Made by a program: the position numbers and the translations under genes
The notes under the pieces: model-generated
Seen by the model: the letters and a program-made list of their open reading frames with translations, nothing else
Database searches by the model: none
Told to the model about the DNA's origin: nothing
Origin: a virus
Lineage: Duplodnaviria; Caudoviricetes
Virus record (IMG/VR): IMGVR_UViG_3300030095_004951
Location: 1 to 26,130 of that record
Strand: one strand, 5' to 3'
DNA length: 26,130 nt
Part shown: one piece after another, positions 8,947 to 16,862 of the stretch
Numbering within the stretch: the first letter of the stretch is position 1
Layout: every line of letters starts with the position of its first letter

Positions 8947-10027
8947 ACCTTGGATTGATGACAGCGAACTCACAGAACTTAAGCGTATTATAGAATCAAC
9001 TTTTGTCGTAGAGCACGATCTCACAAAAGAGTTTGAACAAATGACCTGTGATCTGACTGGATCAAAGTATGCAGTTGCCATGACAAATGGAACTGTTGCT
9101 TTGTTCTGTTGTTTAAAAGCCCTTGGTGTTGGTCCGGGGGATGAAGTTATAGTTCCAAATATGACATTCATAGCTTCTGCTAATGCCGTCATAATGTGTG
9201 GTGCTACACCCGTGCTATGTGAAGTGGACTCTAAAACATTTTGTATGACAGTCGATACTGTTAAAGAATGTATTTCTCCCAGAACAAAAGTAATAATGCC
9301 AGTGCATCTATATGGTCAGAGTGCAGACATGACTGCTCTGATGGAGTTTGCAAGATCACACAACATTAGAGTAGTGGAGGACGCTGCTCAGGGTGTTGGT
9401 GTTAAATTTAAAGGTCAACATGTCGGTACATTTGGTGATCTAGGAGTTTTATCTTACTATGGAAATAAGACCATAACATGTGGTGAGGGTGGTGTGGTCA
9501 TAACCAACGACAAAGAACTGCGAGACAAATGTTATCGTTTGAAAAATCATGGTAGAGATGCCAAAGGATTCAAACACGAATACATTGGATACAATTTTTG
9601 TTTTACGGAAATGCAGGCTGCTATTGGAATATCACAAATGAAAAAGTTAGACAGCATCCTACAAAAGAAAAAAGAAATCTATGAACTGTACGCACAGGAA
9701 TTGTCATCTGTCTCTTGGTCGCTTAGCCCTGTTAGCAGAGTAGAAGACTGTGATCCCGTGCATTGGTTTACCTCATTTTTGTGTGAAAAAAAGAGTGAGC
9801 TAATAGAATATGCAAATTCTAAAAATATACAAACCAGAGAATTCTTTTATCCTCTGCACATGCAGCCGTGCTATAAGAATTATTCTAATATTGTTATGTT
9901 GGATAGCTATGAGGTGAGTGAAGATCTTTTTAACAGGGGTATTTCATTGCCTTCTTCTTACAACCTGACAGAGGAAAACCAGATAGCTGTTATAAATACA
10001 CTGAAAGAATGGTTGTTTAAAAACTAA
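8921..10027 (+). CDS. DegT/DnrJ/EryC1/StrS PLP aminotransferase, GDP-perosamine synthase-like
   Basis: NGTVAL, PVHLYGQ, EDAAQ, SYYGNKTITCGEGG with the Schiff-base Lys (K183), ISLPS. Confidence 0.9.
   Translation: MTDFIPQIEPWIDDSELTELKRIIESTFVVEHDLTKEFEQMTCDLTGSKYAVAMTNGTVALFCCLKALGVGPGDEVIVPNMTFIASANAVIMCGATPVLCEVDSKTFCMTVDTVKECISPRTKVIMPVHLYGQSADMTALMEFARSHNIRVVEDAAQGVGVKFKGQHVGTFGDLGVLSYYGNKTITCGEGGVVITNDKELRDKCYRLKNHGRDAKGFKHEYIGYNFCFTEMQAAIGISQMKKLDSILQKKKEIYELYAQELSSVSWSLSPVSRVEDCDPVHWFTSFLCEKKSELIEYANSKNIQTREFFYPLHMQPCYKNYSNIVMLDSYEVSEDLFNRGISLPSSYNLTEENQIAVINTLKEWLFKN
9991..9998 (+). promoter_or_regulatory. Candidate late promoter TATAAATA upstream of the ColD-like gene
   Basis: Exact T4 late consensus about 40 bp before ATG 10037, which has an AAGGA RBS. 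Confidence 0.35.
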
Positions 10028-10036
10028 GGATTTATT

Positions 10037-11170
10037 ATGAAGTGGAAGTTGATGACAGATGAGGCTATTAGTAGGGATCAACGAGAGGTGCTCAGTGATT
10101 TCGTACTAAATGAGGATAAGTTGACTCAGGGCCCTGTTGTTAAAGAATTTGAAAAAGCATGGTCTGAGTGGCTGGGTTGCAAATACTCAGTCTTTGTCAA
10201 TTCAGGATCGTCAGCAAATCTAGCAATCACGCGAGCATTATCTGGCACAGAAAAGAAACCACTGTGGGTTTCTCAGGCATGTACGTGGGCTACTGCCGTG
10301 ACTCCTATCATGCAGTTTGCAAGACTTCAACTCTGTGATGTTGATCTAAAAAACTTTGGTCCAGATCTAGAAAACTTGGAACACATCTTCCAGACACATA
10401 AACCAAAGTTCTTGTCTCTGACCCACCTTCTAGGTTTCCCTGCCATAACAGACGAGCTTATTTCGTTGTGTGAAAAGTATGGAGTTACTCTAGTCGAGGA
10501 TTGCTGTGAGTCACATGGAGCTTCGTTTAAGGGTAAGAAGGTGGGAACTTTCGGTATTGCGTCATCCTTCTCATTCTATTATGGTCATCACATGACTACG
10601 ATGGAGGGTGGTATGATCTGTACCGACGATGAAAACCTCTACCACGAATTGCTACTTCTCCGTTCGCATGGTTTACTACGTGAGCTTCCAGAAGAAGAGC
10701 AGAAGAAGAGAGTTTCTAATCGGGTTGATCCTTTGTTCACATTCTTGCGTGATGGATTCAACATCAGAAGCACCGATCTCCATGCCAAGCTAGGGTTACT
10801 ACAGCTACCAAATCTTGATTCTGCCATAGAAGAAAGAAATGAAAACTTTAGTTTGTTCTTGAGAAAGCTAGATCCAGAATCTTTCCGAACAGATTTTGAT
10901 GTTGAGGGTTGTAGCAATTTTGCCTTCCCTATCTTCACAAAGAACAATAACATTGATGATATTAAGAATCTTTTACGAGAAAACGACGTAGAATATAGAC
11001 CCTGTATTGCAGGTAATTTATATGAGCACCCCTTCATGAATTTTGTTGAACAATCTAGGTTTGATAAGAATGCAAATGAAATTCATAACAATTGTATATA
11101 CATCGGTAATCACAAAGATATCACACATGATATGATCACAGATATTTGTGACAAACTAAATAGACTATGA
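10037..11170 (+). CDS. colD: ColD-like GDP-4-keto-6-deoxy-D-mannose 3-dehydratase (His-type DegT family)
   Basis: VNSGSSANL, EDCCESHGA, SFYYGHHMTTMEGG (His in place of the catalytic Lys), LRSHG, YIGNH. Confidence 0.75.
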   Translation: MKWKLMTDEAISRDQREVLSDFVLNEDKLTQGPVVKEFEKAWSEWLGCKYSVFVNSGSSANLAITRALSGTEKKPLWVSQACTWATAVTPIMQFARLQLCDVDLKNFGPDLENLEHIFQTHKPKFLSLTHLLGFPAITDELISLCEKYGVTLVEDCCESHGASFKGKKVGTFGIASSFSFYYGHHMTTMEGGMICTDDENLYHELLLLRSHGLLRELPEEEQKKRVSNRVDPLFTFLRDGFNIRSTDLHAKLGLLQLPNLDSAIEERNENFSLFLRKLDPESFRTDFDVEGCSNFAFPIFTKNNNIDDIKNLLRENDVEYRPCIAGNLYEHPFMNFVEQSRFDKNANEIHNNCIYIGNHKDITHDMITDICDKLNRL

Positions 11171-11185
11171 CGGAGATTTATTATA

Positions 11186-11674
11186 ATGCAGTCCATGAAA
11201 AACAATGACAACCCACCATTCGAATATCATCATGATTCTATGTCATTGAAGGGTGGTTTTTTTGGGCATTTCGGTCGAGTGGTTGAACCCGGATCGACTG
11301 TTCTAGAATTTGGTAGTGGTAAAGGAACAGAGAATCTAGTTAAATTAGGATACAATGTTTTTTCTGTCGAAGAAAACGAGCGTTTCTGTGGTTTGTATCA
11401 CGAACAATATATTCATGCACCCATAGTTGATGGTTGGTACGACAAAAAAATTGTGTTGGATTCTGTAAAGAAAATTAAATATGATGTGATCATAGTAGAT
11501 GGTCCTGCACAGGGTGAGAGAAAAAAGATTATGGAAATTTTAGATGAACTTGATACCACAGTTCCAATTTTCATTGATGATATGAACAGAAAAGAAGACA
11601 GAGAACTGTTTGGTTTGATTTCAGGAAAAGATAGAAAGACATTTGACCATGGTGATTATGGATACATTATATGA
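11186..11674 (+). CDS. Small class I SAM-dependent methyltransferase
   Basis: VLEFGSGKGT motif I, SVEEN, YDVIIVDGP, IFIDD. Confidence 0.75.
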   Translation: MQSMKNNDNPPFEYHHDSMSLKGGFFGHFGRVVEPGSTVLEFGSGKGTENLVKLGYNVFSVEENERFCGLYHEQYIHAPIVDGWYDKKIVLDSVKKIKYDVIIVDGPAQGERKKIMEILDELDTTVPIFIDDMNRKEDRELFGLISGKDRKTFDHGDYGYII

Positions 11675-12609
11675 TTAATATTACACGAGAAACACATCCG
11701 GATTTATACTTTGATTACAGAAAGACTTTGGACTTTCTTGGTTCGATTAAGGAAGAAGATTACGAATACCCAGAAGAGGTTACTAATTTTCATGTCTATA
11801 CTGAGGCAAGATCACCAAAAGAACTGGAAGCGATCAAGTCGTACATTGCAACACAGAATCTAGACAAAACTAAATTAACTGTCTGGTCTGAATACGATAT
11901 CAGTGAGCAAGAAAACATTCAACCATACAAGGACATTGTTGATCTCAAAGTGTATTCTGCCGATGAAGTATCAGAAGGTACGCCATTAGAGGGAAACAGT
12001 AAATACACAAACGTGTCTGATGATGATAGGCACTGGATGTCAAGTGGTATCATGCGTTTCTTAGTTCTCTACAAGTTCGGTGGAATTTATATGGACATGG
12101 ACATGATTCTTCTCCGAGACTTCAAACCAATTCTGGATCAGAACTTTGCGTACCAGTGGGGATCATCCATGGACTTCGCAAAGGAAAGAAGATGGGAACC
12201 TGACTGTCATGGACCATGCGCCGCCATGTTGGGTGCAGTCAAGGGAAGTGAATACATTGAGAGTTGTATGGAGCAACTGTTGAGGACACCAATCAGAACA
12301 AGGACCACTTGTTTCGATGAAGACATGCTTGGACCTGTTTATGCTAAAAATCCAAATGCATTTACAGTCTTCCCATCACCCTTCTTTGATTGTGATTGGC
12401 TTGTTAGTAAGGTTGATGAACCACTAAGTAGAGAAGCTGAAGCTGCTTGGTTTGAAAAACCCACTGATCCAAGTAATCTGTTCTTAGAGTCATTTGCATG
12501 GCACTGGCATAACTCATCCAATAAACATAAAACTATAGTTGAAGGATCGAAGTTCTCTCTACTTAAAGATAGAAACGATAAGGTTCTGAAAGAAATGGGA
12601 ATAATTTAA
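11671..12609 (+). CDS. GT32-like (DxD) glycosyltransferase
   Basis: RFLVLYKFGGIYMDMD motif, LGP, FAWHWHN. Confidence 0.8.
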   Translation: MINITRETHPDLYFDYRKTLDFLGSIKEEDYEYPEEVTNFHVYTEARSPKELEAIKSYIATQNLDKTKLTVWSEYDISEQENIQPYKDIVDLKVYSADEVSEGTPLEGNSKYTNVSDDDRHWMSSGIMRFLVLYKFGGIYMDMDMILLRDFKPILDQNFAYQWGSSMDFAKERRWEPDCHGPCAAMLGAVKGSEYIESCMEQLLRTPIRTRTTCFDEDMLGPVYAKNPNAFTVFPSPFFDCDWLVSKVDEPLSREAEAAWFEKPTDPSNLFLESFAWHWHNSSNKHKTIVEGSKFSLLKDRNDKVLKEMGII

Positions 12610-13601
12610 TGAAGAAGAAAGTCGCTCTTATTACTGGTATCGCCGGCCAAGATGGTTCTTACCTAGCAGAATTCCTACTGTCAATCGGATATGAAGTTCA
12701 TGGAATTCTGCGAAGGAATTCGGTATCAGAAAACCAAACATCACGCTTGGGTAGTTGCTATGAGCAGTTGAATTTGCACTATGGTGACATGACTGATCTC
12801 GCATCGCTCATCACGGTTCTCCAGAAGTGTAAACCTGATGAAGTCTATAATCTTGCCGCACAGTCACACGTCAGAGTTAGCTTTGATGTTCCTATCGAAA
12901 CATCAACAGTCACTGGACTTGGTGCTCTCAATCTACTAGAGGCATGTAAGTTGATCTGTCCAGAAACTAAGATTTATCAGGCAAGCTCTTCTGAAATGTT
13001 TGGTAACTGTATTGATGAGGATGGATTCCAGAGAGAGACCACGCGAATGCTTCCTGTAAGCCCCTATGGGTGTGCTAAATTGTTCGCTTTTAATGCTTGC
13101 AGAAACTACAGAAATGCTTATGATATGTTTATATGCAACGGGATTCTATTCAATCATGAGTCACCAAGAAGAGGTTCTAATTTTGTGACAAATAAAATTG
13201 TCAAGGGTGCAGTAGCGATTGCGATGGGTGAAGCAACTGATTTGAAGTTGGGTAACCTTGATGCAAGAAGAGACTGGGGACATGCAAAGGATTATGTCAG
13301 AGCAATGTGGATGATGCTACAAGCAGATAAACCAAAGGATTACGTTTGTTCAACTGGTATTTCTCACAGTGTTCGTGACGTATGTGAATATGTCTTTGAT
13401 AAGCTCGGTATGGACTACAAGGACTACGTTGTCATTGGACAGAAGTACCTTAGACCAGAAGAGCTTCATGATCTTAAGGGTGATTCCAACCTACTCAGAG
13501 AAGAGCTGGGTTGGGAACCAGAATATACCTTTGAGAGTATGTTTGATGAGATGATTCTCAGTACAGAAAATTATTACAACGCAGTAGAAAAGGTTGATTG
13601 A
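12609..13601 (+). CDS. gmd: GDP-mannose 4,6-dehydratase, copy 1
   Basis: ALITGIAGQDGSYL, LAAQSHVRVSF, YQASSSE, SPYGCAK, LFNHESPRRG, RDWGHAKDYV. Confidence 0.96.
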   Translation: MKKKVALITGIAGQDGSYLAEFLLSIGYEVHGILRRNSVSENQTSRLGSCYEQLNLHYGDMTDLASLITVLQKCKPDEVYNLAAQSHVRVSFDVPIETSTVTGLGALNLLEACKLICPETKIYQASSSEMFGNCIDEDGFQRETTRMLPVSPYGCAKLFAFNACRNYRNAYDMFICNGILFNHESPRRGSNFVTNKIVKGAVAIAMGEATDLKLGNLDARRDWGHAKDYVRAMWMMLQADKPKDYVCSTGISHSVRDVCEYVFDKLGMDYKDYVVIGQKYLRPEELHDLKGDSNLLREELGWEPEYTFESMFDEMILSTENYYNAVEKVD

Positions 13602-14008
13602 TAATGGATTATATTAAGTCAAAAGTTGATGGTTCATTACTCCACATCATCAATAGAAAAGAAGAGATTACTGCTCGAACAAATGTTTGTCCAGATGATG
13701 AGTTTCTCCAATTAGCAACCATGAAAATGCCTTTAGGTATGACATTCAAGCCACACAAGCACATCTACAAAGATGGACCGAAGGAAGTCATAGCACAGGA
13801 ATCTTGGATTGTGATTGAAGGTAAAGTTAAAGTAATTCTTTATGATATTGACGATACGATCATACATGAAGATGTTATATTTCCCGGTGACTGCTCAATT
13901 ACTTTCAAGGGTGGTCACAACTATGAAATACTGGAAGATGACACCATTGTTTATGAATATAAAACAGGTCCGTATCAGGGAATAGAAATGGATAAAGATT
14001 TTATCTGA
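13598..14008 (+). CDS. WbuC-like cupin-fold metalloprotein
   Basis: PHKH...QESWIVIEG...GGH...EYKTGPY cupin metal ligands. The start is probably ATG 13604. Confidence 0.7.
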   Translation: MIMDYIKSKVDGSLLHIINRKEEITARTNVCPDDEFLQLATMKMPLGMTFKPHKHIYKDGPKEVIAQESWIVIEGKVKVILYDIDDTIIHEDVIFPGDCSITFKGGHNYEILEDDTIVYEYKTGPYQGIEMDKDFI

Positions 14009-14607
14009 TGAAAGCTGTTGAAGATTTTGAAAATGCTATAGCAGAGTTTTACGGTGCGCCTTACGCAGTTGCCGTTGACTGTTGTACCCACGGTGTGGAA
14101 CTTTGCTTAAGGTATAAGGAGTTACGTTGGTTAACCGTCCCATGTAGAACCTACCTTTCGATTCCCATGCTCGCACAGAAGTTGGATATTGGTCTTACTT
14201 TTACTGAGGAGGAATGGAAAGATTATTACGAGATCGGTGGGTGGATTGGGAAACCAACTGGTGTTATTGATGCTGCCGTTTTCTGGAAGCGTGATGGATA
14301 CATTCCCGGTAAATTCATGTGTCTTAGTTTTCAGTTTCAAAAGCACCTGAGTCTTGGTAGAGGTGGTATGATCTTAACTGATGATGTTGATGCTGCAAAG
14401 AAATTGAAGAAGATGTCATATGATGGTCGAGAGCCAAACGTTCCTTGGAGGGAACAGAACATAGACACAATGGGCTATCACTATTACATGACACCAGAGA
14501 CTGCTGAAATTGGTATAAATAAATTACAGAAAGCAATTAAAACTGAACCTCGTGAATGGACAGTGCAAGACTGGCCAGATCTTAGAGACATGGAGATTTT
14601 TAAATGA
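14008..14607 (+). CDS. Short (199 aa) DegT-family PLP-binding protein
   Basis: FENAIAEFYGAPYAVAVDCCT, IDAA, CLSFQFQKHLSLGRGGMILTDD, GYHYYM. About half the normal length. Confidence 0.8.
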   Translation: MKAVEDFENAIAEFYGAPYAVAVDCCTHGVELCLRYKELRWLTVPCRTYLSIPMLAQKLDIGLTFTEEEWKDYYEIGGWIGKPTGVIDAAVFWKRDGYIPGKFMCLSFQFQKHLSLGRGGMILTDDVDAAKKLKKMSYDGREPNVPWREQNIDTMGYHYYMTPETAEIGINKLQKAIKTEPREWTVQDWPDLRDMEIFK

Positions 14608-15599
14608 AGAACGTGGCATTGATTACTGGTATTGCTGGACAGGATGGTAGCTACTTGTCCGAACATCTCATTGACCGTGGATATGAAGTTCATGGTGTAG
14701 TCCGTAGACAGTCTACTGCCGAGAATCAAGAATCTAGATTGGATCATCTTAGTGGTCAGGTTACCACACACTATGGTGATCTACTCGATGTTCCATCACT
14801 TACTAGAATTTTCTTAGAAACTAAACCAACACATATTTTCAACTTGGGTGCAATGAGTCACGTTCGAATTAGTTTCGATCTTCCTTCGTTTACCATCCAA
14901 AGCAACTCTCTTGGTGTGTTGAACATGTTGGAATTGTATCGAGAGTTCTGTCCCACTGCAAAATTCTATCAAGCATCCTCATCTGAGATGTTTGGTAACT
15001 GTGTTGATGAAGACGGATTCCAAAGAGAGACCACAGGATTTAATCCTGTAAGCCCTTATGGATGCTCGAAGCTCCTTGGATATAACTTGGTGCGTCATTA
15101 TAGAAACGCCTACAATCTACATGCATGTAATGGAATTCTATTCAATCATGAGTCACCAAGAAGAGGTTCTAACTTTGTTACTAACAAGGTAGTAAAAACC
15201 GCAGTACAAATCAAACTTGGCTTGACAGATGTTCTTGAGCTTGGTAATATGGATTCGTATAGAGATTGGGGTCACTCTAAAGACTATACGAGAGGAATGT
15301 TGGATATCATTAATCACGAAACACCAGATGACTTTGTTCTTTCTACAGGAGAAACCCATTCGGTTCGTGATTTATGTGAAACAGTATTTAATTATTTGGA
15401 TATGGACTACAATGATTATGTCGTTCAGAATCCAAAGTACATGAGACCAGAAGAATTAAATTACCTTAAGGGTGACTGTACAAAAGCAAAGAACACTTTA
15501 AATTGGAAAACAGAATATACTTTCGAAAGTATGATACACGAGATGGTTGATTATTGGATGAACTCACTTTCAACTACTCATATGGAGATTAACTCATGA
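14604..15599 (+). CDS. gmd: GDP-mannose 4,6-dehydratase, copy 2
   Basis: ALITGIAGQDGSYL, SHVRISF, YQASSSE, SPYGCSK, LFNHESPRRG, RDWGHSKDY. Confidence 0.95.
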   Translation: MKNVALITGIAGQDGSYLSEHLIDRGYEVHGVVRRQSTAENQESRLDHLSGQVTTHYGDLLDVPSLTRIFLETKPTHIFNLGAMSHVRISFDLPSFTIQSNSLGVLNMLELYREFCPTAKFYQASSSEMFGNCVDEDGFQRETTGFNPVSPYGCSKLLGYNLVRHYRNAYNLHACNGILFNHESPRRGSNFVTNKVVKTAVQIKLGLTDVLELGNMDSYRDWGHSKDYTRGMLDIINHETPDDFVLSTGETHSVRDLCETVFNYLDMDYNDYVVQNPKYMRPEELNYLKGDCTKAKNTLNWKTEYTFESMIHEMVDYWMNSLSTTHMEINS

Positions 15600-16858
15600 G
15601 AGATAAAAAAGTTACACTATGCATGATTGTCAAGGATGAGACTCACATTATTGAGCAATGTCTCCGCTCTATGGCAAAGTATGTTGACAGATATGACATT
15701 ACAGATACTGGCTCAACTGACGGAACCCCAGAACTAATCAAGAAGACGATGGATGAATTGGGTATCCCCGGAGAAGTTCACCTTTGTGACTGGAAGGGAT
15801 TTGGTGATCATGCAAATAGGATAGGTTCACGCACAGAAGCCTTCCATAACGCAGAAAAATCTGATGCTGATTATGCATGGGTCATCGATGCTGATGACTA
15901 CATTGAGGGTGATTTTGAATATCCCAAGAAGATGGATGCCGATGGATATACTCTTCTAATCAAGAGGGGTGACTTCTCTTGGTGGAGGAACCAGATCTTC
16001 AAACTAGACCTCGGTTGGAGATACGTTGGTATTCTGCACGAGTACGCAGATGCAACCAAAAAGAGTCCCGCTGTGTTTCAAAAGGTTGCTGGTGATTATC
16101 ATATCACCGCACGAACTGAGGGTAATAGAAATGTTGGTATCACCCCAATTGAGAAATATACTCGTGATGCCGAAACTCTACTTGGTGCTATTGAAGATGA
16201 GCCTGATAATCCCCGCTATCATTTCTACCTAGCACAGAGCTACTTCGATTCTCAGCAGTGGGAAAAGTCAAGAGAGGCATACAAGAAGCGAGTTGAATTA
16301 GGTGGTTGGAATGAAGAAGTATTTTACTCACAGTTCCGTGTAGGACTTCTTTGTGCCATTATGCAGGAACCACCAGAGGTTACTATTCATGAGTTTACCT
16401 GCGCCTATAATATTAGACCAATCCGCGCAGAACCTCTTGTTGAGATCTCTAAGATTTACAGGTCGATTGAAAAACCTGCTGCCGCATACATCTTTGCAAA
16501 GCAAGCACTTGAGACACCATATCCAGCAGAGGATATTCTATTCATCAGTGAGGATGTATATCGCTACGGTGCTTTGGATGAAATCTCTGCTACTGCTTTC
16601 TATGCGGGCCGCGCTCTTGAGGGTTACAATGCAACTAAGAAGTTAATACAAGAAAACCTTGTCCCAGAAGAACATAAGAAGCGTGTTCAGGATAACATGG
16701 AGCAGTACGAGAAGGTTATGGCTGGTGCTCAACAACAGCAAATGCAGGCAAACATGGAGGATCAGATTAAGAAAATTCAAGAGAAAAAGAAACTAAAGGA
16801 ACAATCAAATTCACCTAAAACTAAATATAAGAAAAAGAAGAAAAAAATACGGAAGTAA
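15596..16858 (+). CDS. GT2 glycosyltransferase with TPR-like repeats and a basic tail
   Basis: LCMIVKDE, DTGSTDGT, VIDADD, GILHE, then helical repeats (RYHFYLAQSY, RPIRAEPL). Confidence 0.88.
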   Translation: MRDKKVTLCMIVKDETHIIEQCLRSMAKYVDRYDITDTGSTDGTPELIKKTMDELGIPGEVHLCDWKGFGDHANRIGSRTEAFHNAEKSDADYAWVIDADDYIEGDFEYPKKMDADGYTLLIKRGDFSWWRNQIFKLDLGWRYVGILHEYADATKKSPAVFQKVAGDYHITARTEGNRNVGITPIEKYTRDAETLLGAIEDEPDNPRYHFYLAQSYFDSQQWEKSREAYKKRVELGGWNEEVFYSQFRVGLLCAIMQEPPEVTIHEFTCAYNIRPIRAEPLVEISKIYRSIEKPAAAYIFAKQALETPYPAEDILFISEDVYRYGALDEISATAFYAGRALEGYNATKKLIQENLVPEEHKKRVQDNMEQYEKVMAGAQQQQMQANMEDQIKKIQEKKKLKEQSNSPKTKYKKKKKKIRK

Positions 16859-16862
16859 CTAA

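Noticed and set aside
10037-11170. RfbH/E1 CDP-sugar 3-dehydrase assignment
   Set aside because: It lacks the Cys-rich Fe-S motif (GRDCxC) and has LRSHG as in ColD; the context is Gmd, not CDP-glucose enzymes.
2683-16858. Bacterial O-antigen locus or seroconversion cassette
   Set aside because: It overlaps directly with phage regA, is followed by phage-type genes, and has no flippase, polymerase or membrane proteins.
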